Shown here: positions 40,501 to 51,989 of the stretch, one piece after another
Position numbering within the stretch: position 1 is the first letter of the stretch
Layout: each line of letters begins with the position of its first letter
Origin: Auanema rhodensis
Lineage: Eukaryota > Animalia > Nematoda
DNA: 64,000 nt
Reading direction: 5' to 3'
NCBI GenBank assembly: GCA_964057225.1
Contig: OZ059900.1
Location: 26,226,001-26,290,000 of the forward strand
Notes under the pieces: model-generated
The model's database searches: none
Told to the model about the DNA's origin: nothing
Seen by the model: the letters and a program-made list of their open reading frames with translations, nothing else
Translations under genes and position numbers: made by a program

Positions 40501-43500
40501 GAAAGTGGAACTAGACGTTGTACGAACAATTTTGAGCTAGGTTTCATTGACATTGCATGAGTTTGAACACATGAAATCGTAAGTCAAAACCTTGTTTACA
40601 GCGAAATTTCCAAAAACTGGTTTTCCAGCATAATAAAATATTTCTCATGGGAAATACTGTGTTTTTGTATTTTTCTAGTGTTCAGCATGTAAAATGCTTC
40701 ATTTTAGTATGTAACACGCTGAAATTCGTTGCATTTGACGACTCATATGAACAAAAATCGATTTAATCAATATTAGCCATAAGGGGCGTGCCCTCAGAAT
40801 ATGCTAATTTCCTTAATTTTCTAACCCCTGTTTTTTTGTCGTGAAAGTGGAACTAGACGTTGTACGAACAATTTTGAGCTAGGTTTCATTGACATTGCAT
40901 GAGTTTGAACACATGAAATCGTAAGTCAAAACCTTGTTTACAGCGAAATTTCCAAAAACTGGTTTTCCAGCATAATAAAATATTTCTCATGGGAAAAACT
41001 GTGTTTTTGTATTTTTCTAGTGTTCAGCATGTGAAATGCTTTATTTTAGTATTTAACACGCTGAAATTTGTTGCATTTGACGACTCATATGAACAAAAAT
41101 CGATTTAATCAATATTAGCCATAAGGGGCGTGCCCTCAGAATATGCTAATTTCCTTAATTTTCTAACCCCTGTTTTTTTGTCGTGAAAGTGGAACTAGAC
41201 GTTGTACGAACAATTTTGAGCTAGGTTTCATTGACATTGCATGAGTTTGAACACATGAAATCGTAAGTCAAAACCTTGTTTACAGCGAAATTTCCAAAAA
41301 CTGGTTTTCCAGCATAATAAAATATTTCTCAAGGGAAAAACTGTGTTTTTATATTTTTCTAGTGTTCAGCATGTGAAATGCTTTATTTTAGTATGTAACA
41401 CGCTGAAATTTGTTGCATTTGACGACTCATATGAACAAAAATCGATTTAATCAATATTAGCCATAAGGGGCGTGCCCTCAGAATATGCTAATTTCCTTAA
41501 TTTTCTAACCCCTGTTTTTTTGTCGTGAAAGTGGAACTAGATGTTGTACGAACAATTTTGAGCTAGGTTTCATTGACATTGCATGAGTTTGAACACATGA
41601 AATCGTAAGTCAAAACCTTGTTTACAGCGAAATTTCCAAAAACTGGTTTTCCAGCATAATAAAATATTTCTCATGGGAAATACTGTGTTTTTGTATTTTT
41701 CTAGTGTTCAGCATGTAAAATGCTTCATTTTAGTATGTAACACGCTGAAATTCGTTGCATTTGACGACTCATATGAACAAAAATCGATTTAATCAATATT
41801 AGCCATAAGGGGCGTGCCCTCAGAATATGCTAATTTCCTTAATTTTCTAACCCCTGTTTTTTTGTTGTGAAAGTGGAACTAGACGTTGTACGAACAATTT
41901 TGAGCTAGGTTTCATTGACATTGCATGAGTTTGAACACATGAAATCGTAAGTCAAAACCTTGTTTACAGCGAAATTTCCAAAAACTGGTTTTCCAGCATA
42001 ATAAAATATTTCTCATGGGAAATACTGTGTTTTTGTATTTTTCTAGTGTTCAGCATGTGAAATGCTTTATTTTAGTATTTAACACGCTGAAATTTGTTGC
42101 ATTTGACGACTCATATGAACAAAAATCGATTTAATCAATATTAGCCATAAGGGGCGTGCCCTCAGAATATGCTAATTTCCTTAATTTTCTAACCCCTGTT
42201 TTTTTGTCGTGAAAGTGGAACTAGACGTTGTACGAACAATTTTGAGCTAGGTTTCATTGACATTGCATGAGTTTGAACACATGAAATCGTAAGTCAAAAC
42301 CTTGTTTACAGCGAAATTTCCAAAAACTGGTTTTCCAGCATAATAAAATATTTCTCAAGGGAAAAACTGTGTTTTTATATTTTTCTAGTGTTCAGCATGT
42401 GAAATGCTTTATTTTAGTATGTAACACGCTGAAATTTGTTGCATTTGACGACTCATATGAACAAAAATCGATTTAATCAATATTAGCCATAAGGGGCGTG
42501 CCCTCAGAATATGCTAATTTCCTTAATTTTCTAACCCCTGTTTTTTTGTCGTGAAAGTGGAACTAGATGTTGTACGAACAATTTTGAGCTAGGTTTCATT
42601 GACATTGCATGAGTTTGAACACATGAAATCGTAAGTCAAAACCTTGTTTACAGCGAAATTTCCAAAAACTGGTTTTCCAGCATAATAAAATATTTCTCAT
42701 GGGAAATACTGTGTTTTTGTATTTTTCTAGTGTTCAGCATGTAAAATGCTTCATTTTAGTATGTAACACGCTGAAATTCGTTGCATTTGACGACTCATAT
42801 GAACAAAAATCGATTTAATCAATATTAGCCATAAGGGGCGTGCCCTCAGAATATGCTAATTTCCTTAATTTTCTAACCCCTGTTTTTTTGTTGTGAAAGT
42901 GGAACTAGACGTTGTACGAACAATTTTGAGCTAGGTTTCATTGACATTGCATCAGTTTGAACACATGAAATCGTAAGTCAAAACCTTGTTTACAGCGAAA
43001 TTTCCAAAAACTGGTTTTCCAGCATAATAAAATATTTCTCATGGGAAATACTGTGTTTTTGTATTTTTCTAGTGTTCAGCATGTAAAATGCTTCATTTTA
43101 GTAGGTAACACGCTGAAATTCGTTCCATTTGACGACTCATATGAACAAAAATCGATTTAATCAATATTAGCCATAAGGGGCGTGCCCTCAGAATATGCTA
43201 ATTTCCTTAATTTTCTAACCCCTGTTTTTTTGTCGTGAAAGTGGAACTAGACGTTGTACGAACAATTTTGAGCTAGGTTTCATTGACATTGCATGAGTTT
43301 GAACACATGAAATCGTAAGTCAAAACCTTGTTTACAGCGAAATTTCCAAAAACTGGTTTTCCAGCATAATAAAATATTTCTCATGGGAAATACTGTGTTT
43401 TTGTATTTTTCTAGTGTTCAGCATGTAAAATGCTTCATTTTAGTATGTAACACGCTGAAATTCGTTGCATTTGACGACTCATATGAACAAAAATCGATTT

Positions 43501-43870
43501 AATCAATATTAGCCATAAGGGGCGTGCCCTCAGAATATGCTAATTTCCTTAATTTTCTAACCCCTGTTTTTTTGTCGTGAAAGTGGAACTAGACGTTGTA
43601 CGAACAATTTTGAGCTAGGTTTCATTGACATTGCATGAGTTTGAACACATGAAATCGTAAGTCAAAACCTTGTTTACAGCGAAATTTCCAAAAACTGGTT
43701 TTCCAGCATAATACAATATTTCTCATGGGAAATACTGTGTTTTTGTATTTTTCTAGTGTTCAGCATGTAAAATGCTTCATTTTAGTATGTAACACGCTGA
43801 AATTCGTTGCATTTGACGACTCATATGAACAAAAATCGATTTAATCAATATTAGCCATAAGGGGCGTCCC

Positions 43871-43906
43871 CTCAGAATATGCTACATCTTATTTAACTCA
43901 GAATAA
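43871..43906. other. Satellite A / satellite B junction with a 5-bp microhomology (TGCTA, 43880-43884)
   Basis: A consensus reads CTCAGAATA-TGCTA-ATTTCC. B consensus reads AGAATAACG-TGCTA-CATCTTATTTAACTCAGAATA. The observed sequence is CTCAGAATA-TGCTA-CATCTTATTTAACTCAGAATA, with no inserted bases. Confidence 0.95.
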
Positions 43907-43955
43907 ACAGTTTAGTAATATAAAATAGTTTTTGTTCTCATATATCTATAATAAT

Positions 43956-44099
43956 CATGTTTTGCGGCGGGCTAAAGTTGCTATTACGTTCCATTTTTAT
44001 GAAAAATTAAATATTCTAATATTTTATTTTTAGTCCTAGAATAATGTGCTACATTTTATTTAACTCAGAATAAACAGTTTAGTAATATGAAATATTAAT
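43956..44099. repeat. Truncated satellite B monomer (144 bp; 23-bp deletion at an ATA microhomology)
   Basis: TGAAATATTAATCATG replaces TGAAATA-GTTTTCGTATTCATATATCCATA-TTAATCATG. The anchor spacing from 43956 to 44100 is 144. Confidence 0.92.
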
Positions 44100-44573
44100 C
44101 ATGTTTTGCGGCGGGCTAAACTTGCTATTTCGTTTGATTTCTATGAAAAAATAAATATTCTAAAATTTTTATTTTTGGTCCTAGAATAACGTGCTTTATT
44201 CTGTTCAACTCGGAATAAACAATTTAGTAATATAAAAAAGTTTTCGTAAGCATATATCCATATTAATCATGTTTTGCGGCGGGCTAAAGTTGCTATTACG
44301 TTCCATTTTTATGAAAAAATAAATATTCTGAATTTTTTATTTTTGGTCCTAGAATAACGTGCTTTATTCTGTTCAACTCGGAATAAACAGTTTAGTAATA
44401 TAAAATACTATTTGTATTCATATATCCATATTAATCATGTTTTGCGGCGGGCTAAAGTTGCTATTACGTTCCATTTTTATGAAAAATTAAATATTCTAAT
44501 ATTTTATTTTTAGTCCTAGAATAACGTGCTACATCTTATTTAACTCAGAATAAACAGTTTAGTAATATAAAAC

Positions 44574-45810
44574 AGTTTTTGTTTTCATATATCTATAATA
44601 ATCATGTTTTGCGGCGGGCTAAAGTTGCTATTACGTTCCATTTTTATGAAAAATTAAATATTCTAAAATTTTTATTTTTGGTCCTAGAATAACGTGCTTT
44701 ATTCTGTTCAACTCGGAATAAACAGTTTAGTACTATAAAATACTATTTGTATTCATATATCCATATTAATCATGTTTTGCGGCGGGCTAAAGTTGCTATT
44801 ACGTTCCATTTTTATGAACAATTAAATATTCTGAAATTTTTATTTTTGGTCCTAGAATAACGTGCTTTATTCTGTTCAACTCGGAATAAACAGTTTAGTA
44901 ATTTAAAAAAGTTTTCGTAAGCATATATCCATATTAATCATGTTTTGCGGCGGGCTAAAGTTGCTATTACGTTCCATTTTTATGAAAAATTAAATATTCT
45001 AAAATTTTTTATTTTTGGTCCTAGAATAACGTGCTTTATTCTATTCAACTCGGAATAAACAGTTTAGTAATATAAAATAGTTTTTGTTTTCATATATCTA
45101 TAATAATCATGTTTTGCGGCGGGCTAAAGTTGCTATTTCGTTTGATTTCTATGAAAAATTTAAAATTTTAAAATTTTAATTTTTGGTCCTAGAATAACGT
45201 GCTTTATTCTGTTCAACTCGGAATAAACAGTTTAGTAATATAAAATAGTTTTTGTTTTCATATATCTATAATAATCATGTTTTGCGGCGGGCTAAAGTTG
45301 CTATTACGTTCCATTTTTATGAAAAATTAAATATTCTAAAATTTTTATTTTTGGTCCTAGAATAACGTGCTTTATTCTGTTCAACTCGGAATAAACAGTT
45401 TAGTACTATAAAATACTATTTGTATTCATATATCCATATTAATCATGTTTTGCGGCGGGCTAAAGTTGCTATTACGTTCCATTTTTATGAACAATTAAAT
45501 ATTCTGAAATTTTTATTTTTGGTCCTAGAATAACGTGCTTTATTCTGTTCAACTCGGAATAAACAGTTTAGTAATTTAAAAAAGTTTTCGTAAGCATATA
45601 TCCATATTAATCATGTTTTGCGGCGGGCTAAAGTTGCTATTACGTTCCATTTTTATGAAAAATTAAATATTCTAAAATTTTTTATTTTTGGTCCTAGAAT
45701 AACGTGCTTTATTCTATTCAACTCGGAATAAACAGTTTAGTAATATAAAATAGTTTTTGTTTTCATATATCTATAATAATCATGTTTTGCGGCGGGCTAA
45801 AGTTGCTATT
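44574..45810. repeat. Satellite B 4-monomer duplication (period 673 bp)
   Basis: TAGTACTATA occurs at 44733/45406. The GAACAATT, AATTTAAAAAAG and CTATTCAAC variants recur at the same offset. Confidence 0.85.
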
Positions 45811-48800
45811 ACGTTCCATTTTTATGAAAAATTAAATATTCTAAAATTTTTTATTTTTGGTCCTAGAATAACGTGCTTTATTCTATTCAACTCGGAATAA
45901 ACAGTTTAGTAATATAAAATAGTTTTTGTTTTCATATATCTATAATAATCATGTTTTGCGGCGGGCTAAAGTTGCTATTTCGTTTGATTTCTATGAAAAA
46001 TTTAAAATTTTAAAATTTTAATTTTTGGTCCTAGAATAACGTGCTTTATTCTGTTCAACTCGGAATAAACAGTTTAGTAATATAAAATAGTTTTTGTTTT
46101 CATATATCTATAATAATCATGTTTTGCGGCGGGCTAAAGTTGCTATTACGTTCCATTTTTATGAAAAATTAAATATTCTAAAATTTTTATTTTTGGTCCT
46201 AGAATAACGTGCTTTATTCTGTTCAACTCGGAATAAACAGTTTAGTAATATAAAATAGTTTTTGTTTTCGTATATCTATAATAATCATGTTTTGCGGCGG
46301 GCTAAACTTGCTATTTCGTTTGATTTCTATGAAAAATTTAAAATTTTAAAATTTTAATTTTTGGTCCTAGAATAACGTTCTTTATTCTGTTCAACTCGGA
46401 ATAAACAGTTTAGTAATATAAAATAGTTTTTGTTTTCATATATCTATAATAATCATGTTTTGCGGCTTGCTAAAGTTGCTATTACGTTCCATTTTTATGA
46501 AAAATTAAATATTCTAAAATTTTTATTTTTTGTCCTAGAATAACGTGCTTTGTTCTGTTCAACTCGGAATAAACAGTTTAGTAATATAAAAAAGTTTTCG
46601 TAAGCATATATCCATATTAATCATGTTTTGCGGCGGGCTAAAGTTGCTATTACGTTCCATTTTTATGAAAAATTAAATATTCTAATATTTTATTTTTAGT
46701 CCTAGAATAACGTGCTACATTTTATTTAACTCAGAATAAACAGTTTAGTAATATGAAATAGTTTTCGTATTCATATATCCATATTAATCATGTTTTGCGG
46801 CGGGCTAAACTTGCTATTTCGTTTGATTTCTATGAAAAATTAAATATTCTAAAATTTTTATTTTTGGTCCTAGAATAACGTGCTTTATTCTGTTCAACTC
46901 AGAATAAACAGTTTAGTAATATAAAATAGTTTTTGTTCTCATATATCTATAATAATCATGTTTTGCGGCGGGCTAAAGTTGCTATTACGTTCCATTTTTA
47001 TGAAAAATTAAATATTCTGAATTTTTCATTTTTGGTCCTAGAATAACGTGCTTTATTCTGTTCAACTCGGAATAAACAGTTTAGTAATATGAAATAGTTT
47101 TCGTATTCATATATCCATATTAATCATGTTTTGCGGCGGGCTAAAGTTGCTATTACGTTCCATTTTTATGAAAAATTAAATATTCTAATATTTTATTTTT
47201 AGTCCTAGAATAACGTTCTTTATTCTGTTCAACTCGGAATAAACAGTTTAGTAATATAAAATAGTTTTTGTTTTCATATATCTATAATAATCATGTTTTG
47301 CGGCGGGCTAAAGTTGCTATTACGTTCCATTTTTATGAAAAATTAAATATTCTGAATTTTTTATTTTTGGTCCTAGAATAACGTGCTTTATTCTGTTCAA
47401 CTCGGAATAAACAGTTTAGTAATATAAAATAGTTTTTGTTTTCATATATCTATAATAATCATGTTTTGCGGCGGGCTAAAGTTGCTATTACGTTCCATTT
47501 TTATGAAAAATTAAATATTCTGAATTTTTTATTTTTGGTCCTAGAATAACGTGCTTTATTCTGTTCAACTCGGAATAAACAATTTAATAATATAAAATAC
47601 TATTTGTATTCATATATCCATATTAATCATGTTTTGCGGCGGGCTAAACTTGCTATTTCGTTTGATTTCTATGAAAAATTTAAAATTTTAAAATTTTAAT
47701 TTTTGGTCCTAGAATAACGTTCTTTATTCTGTTCAACTCGGAATAAACAGTTTAGTAATATAAAATAGTTTTTGTTTTCATATATCTATAATAATCATGT
47801 TTTGCGGCTTGCTAAAGTTGCTATTACGTTCCATTTTTATGAAAAATTAAATATTTTATTATTTTATTTTCAGTCGTAGATTTACGTGCTACATCTTATT
47901 TAACTCAGAATAAACAGTTTAGTAATATGAAATAGTTTTCGTATTCATATATCCATATTAATCATGTTTTGCGGCGGGCTAAACTTGCTATTACGTTCCA
48001 TTTTTATGAAAAATTAAATATTCTGAATTTTTTATTTTTGGTCCTAGAATAACGTGCTACATCTTATTTAACTCAGAATAAACAGTTTAGTAATATGAAA
48101 TAGTTTTCGTATTCATATATCCATATTAATCATGTTTTGCGGCGGGCTAAACTTGCTATTTCGTTTGATTTCTATGAAAAATTAAATATTCTAAAATTGT
48201 TATTTTAGGTCCTAGAATAACGTGCTTTATTCTGTTCAACTCGGAATGAACAGTTTAGTAGTATAAAAAAGTTTTCGTAAGCATATATCCATATTAATCA
48301 TGTTTTGCGGCGGGCTAAAGTTGCTATTACGTTCCATTTTTATGAAAAATTAAATATTCTAAAATTTTTTATTTTTGGTCCTAGAATAACGTGCTTTATT
48401 CTATTCAACTCGGAATAAACAGTTTAGTAATATAAAATAGTTTTTGTTTTCATATATCTATAATAATCATGTTTTGCGGCGGGCTAAAGTTGCTATTACG
48501 TTCCATTTTTATGAAAAATTAAATATTCTAAAATTTTTTATTTTTGGTCCTAGAATAACGTGCTTTATTCTATTCAACTCGGAATAAACAGTTTAGTAAT
48601 ATAAAATAGTTTTTGTTTTCATATATCTATAATAATCATGTTTTGCGGCGGGCTAAAGTTGCTATTTCGTTTGATTTCTATGAAAAATTTAAAATTTTAA
48701 AATTTTAATTTTTGGTCCTAGAATAACGTGCTTTATTCTGTTCAACTCGGAATAAACAGTTTAGTAATATAAAATAGTTTTTGTTTTCATATATCTATAA

Positions 48801-51047
48801 TAATCATGTTTTGCGGCGGGCTAAAGTTGCTATTACGTTCCATTTTTATGAAAAATTAAATATTCTAAAATTTTTATTTTTGGTCCTAGAATAACGTGCT
48901 TTATTCTGTTCAACTCGGAATAAACAGTTTAGTAATATAAAATAGTTTTTGTTTTCGTATATCTATAATAATCATGTTTTGCGGCGGGCTAAACTTGCTA
49001 TTTCGTTTGATTTCTATGAAAAATTTAAAATTTTAAAATTTTAATTTTTGGTCCTAGAATAACGTTCTTTATTCTGTTCAACTCGGAATAAACAGTTTAG
49101 TAATATAAAATAGTTTTTGTTTTCATATATCTATAATAATCATGTTTTGCGGCTTGCTAAAGTTGCTATTACGTTCCATTTTTATGAAAAATTAAATATT
49201 CTAAAATTTTTATTTTTTGTCCTAGAATAACGTGCTTTGTTCTGTTCAACTCGGAATAAACAGTTTAGTAATATAAAAAAGTTTTCGTAAGCATATATCC
49301 ATATTAATCATGTTTTGCGGCGGGCTAAAGTTGCTATTACGTTCCATTTTTATGAAAAATTAAATATTCTAATATTTTATTTTTAGTCCTAGAATAACGT
49401 GCTACATTTTATTTAACTCAGAATAAACAGTTTAGTAATATGAAATAGTTTTCGTATTCATATATCCATATTAATCATGTTTTGCGGCGGGCTAAACTTG
49501 CTATTTCGTTTGATTTCTATGAAAAATTAAAAATTCTAAAATTTTTATTTTTGGTCCTAGAATAACGTGCTTTATTCTGTTCAACTCAGAATAAACAGTT
49601 CAGTAATATAAAATAGTTTTTGTTCTCATATATCTATAATAATCATGTTTTGCGGCGGGCTAAAGTTGCTATTACGTTCCATTTTTATGAAAAATTAAAT
49701 ATTCTGAATTTTTCATTTTTGGTCCTAGAATAACGTGCTTTATTCTGTTCAACTCGGAATAAACAGTTTAGTAATATGAAATAGTTTTCGTATTCATATA
49801 TCCATATTAATCATGTTTTGCGGCGGGCTAAAGTTGCTATTACGTTCCATTTTTATGAAAAATTAAATATTCTAATATTTTATTTTTAGTCCTAGAATAA
49901 CGTTCTTTATTCTGTTCAACTCGGAATAAACAGTTTAGTAATATAAAATAGTTTTTGTTTTCATATATCTATAATAATCATGTTTTGCGGCGGGCTAAAG
50001 TTGCTATTACGTTCCATTTTTATGAAAAATTAAATATTCTGAATTTTTTATTTTTGGTCCTAGAATAACGTGCTTTATTCTGTTCAACTCGGAATAAACA
50101 GTTTAGTAATATAAAATAGTTTTTGTTTTCATATATCTATAATAATCATGTTTTGCGGCGGGCTAAAGTTGCTATTACGTTCCATTTTTATGAAAAATTA
50201 AATATTCTGAATTTTTTATTTTTGGTCCTAGAATAACGTGCTTTATTCTGTTCAACTCGGAATAAACAATTTAATAATATAAAATACTATTTGTATTCAT
50301 ATATCCATATTAATCATGTTTTGCGGCGGGCTAAACTTGCTATTTCGTTTGATTTCTATGAAAAATTTAAAATTTTAAAATTTTAATTTTTGGTCCTAGA
50401 ATAACGTTCTTTATTCTGTTCAACTCGGAATAAACAGTTTAGTAATATAAAATAGTTTTTGTTTTCATATATCTATAATAATCATGTTTTGCGGCTTGCT
50501 AAAGTTGCTATTACGTTCCATTTTTATGAAAAATTAAATATTTTATTATTTTATTTTCAGTCGTAGATTAACGTGCTACATCTTATTTAACTCAGAATAA
50601 ACAGTTTAGTAATATGAAATAGTTTTCGTATTCATATATCCATATTAATCATGTTTTGCGGCGGGCTAAACTTGCTATTACGTTCCATTTTTATGAAAAA
50701 TTAAATATTCTGAATTTTTTATTTTTGGTCCTAGAATAACGTGCTACATCTTATTTAACTCAGAATAAACAGTTTAGTAATATGAAATAGTTTTCGTATT
50801 CATATATCCATATTAATCATGTTTTGCGGCGGGCTAAACTTGCTATTTCGTTTGATTTCTATGAAAAATTAAATATTCTAAAATTGTTATTTTAGGTCCT
50901 AGAATAACGTGCTTTATTCTGTTCAACTCGGAATGAACAGTTTAGTAGTATAAAAAAGTTTTCGTAAGCATATATCCATATTAATCATGTTTTGCGGCGG
51001 GCTAAAGTTGCTATTACGTTCCATTTTTATGAAAAATTAAATATTCT
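45577..51047. repeat. Satellite B 16-monomer higher-order repeat (period 2687 bp, ~2 copies)
   Basis: Four rare markers share offset 2687: TTTTCGTATATCT (46270/48957), the GCGGCTTGC monomer (46454/49141), CAGTCGTAGATT (47871/50558) and GGAATGAAC (48248/50935). Confidence 0.92.
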
Positions 51048-51989
51048 GAATTTTTTATTTTTGGTCCTAGAATAACGTGCTTTATTCTGTTCAACTCGGA
51101 ATAAACAGTTTAGTAATATAAAATACTATTTGTATTCATATATCCATATTAATCATGTTTTGCGGCGGGCTAAAGTTGCTATTACGTTCCATTTTTATGA
51201 AAAATTAAATATTCTAATATTTTATTTTTAGTCCTAGAAAAACGTGCTACATCTTATTTAACTCAGAATAAACAGTTTAGTAATATAAAACAGTTTCTGT
51301 TTTCATATATCTATAATAGTCATGTTTTGCGGCGGGCTAAAGTTGCTATTACGTTCCATTTTTATGAAAAATTAAATATTCTAAAATTTTTATTTTTGGT
51401 CCTAGAATAACGTGCTTTATTCTGTTCAACTCGGAATAAACAGTTTAGTACTATAAAATACTATTTGTATTCATATATCCATATTAATCATGTTTTGCGG
51501 CGGGCTAAAGTTGCTATTACGTTCCATTTTTATGAACAATTAAATATTCTAAAATTTTTATTTTTGGTCCTAGAATAACGTGCTTTATTCTGTTCAACTC
51601 GGAATAAACAGTTTAGTAATTTAAAAAAGTTTTCGTAAGCATATATCCATATTAATCATGTTTTGCGGCTTGCTAAAGTTGCTATTACGTTCCATTTTTA
51701 TGAAAAATTAAATATTCTAATATTTTATTTTTAGTCCTAGAATAACGTGCTACATTTTTTTAAACTCAGAATAAACAGTTTAGTAATATAAAACAGTTTC
51801 TGTTTTCGTATATCTATAATAGTCATGTTTTGCGGCGGGCTAAAGTTGCTATTACGTTCCATTTTTATGAAAAATTAAATATTCTAAAATTTTTATTTTT
51901 GGTCCTAGAATAACGTGCTTTATTCTGTTCAACTCGGAATAAACAGTTTAGTAATATAAAAAAGTTTTCGTATTCATATATCCATAATA

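Larger units (their letters stand above)
1..43884. repeat. Satellite A: tandem array of a 342-bp AT-rich monomer, ~128 copies, continues beyond the left window edge
   Basis: ATGT(G/A)AAATG recurs at 1, 343, 685 and so on, and the printed line phase recurs every 3420 bp (10 x 342). The first monomer has 117/342 G+C (~34%). Copies differ by a few SNPs and rare indels. All copies are in one orientation. Confidence 0.99.

Noticed and set aside
1-43884. Primate alpha-satellite dimer (2x171 bp) or assignment to a named satellite family or species
   Set aside because: Only the length fits. I do not recognise alpha-satellite sequence or CENP-B boxes, and monomer length alone cannot identify a family. 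A BLAST or Dfam/Repbase search would be needed.
43956-43972. CENP-B box in satellite B (contains CGGG)
   Set aside because: The TTCG and the central A of the NTTCGNNNNANNCGGGN consensus are missing at the required positions.
43861-44100. Transposon insertion or target-site duplication at the junction (CTCAGAATA twice, 26 bp apart)
   Set aside because: Each copy is a normal part of its own satellite consensus, and there are no element ends or foreign DNA.
45162-45177. 16-bp perfect palindrome AAAATTTTAAAATTTT in one satellite B module
   Set aside because: It is low-complexity A/T-tract sequence that is expected at this composition and not informative alone.
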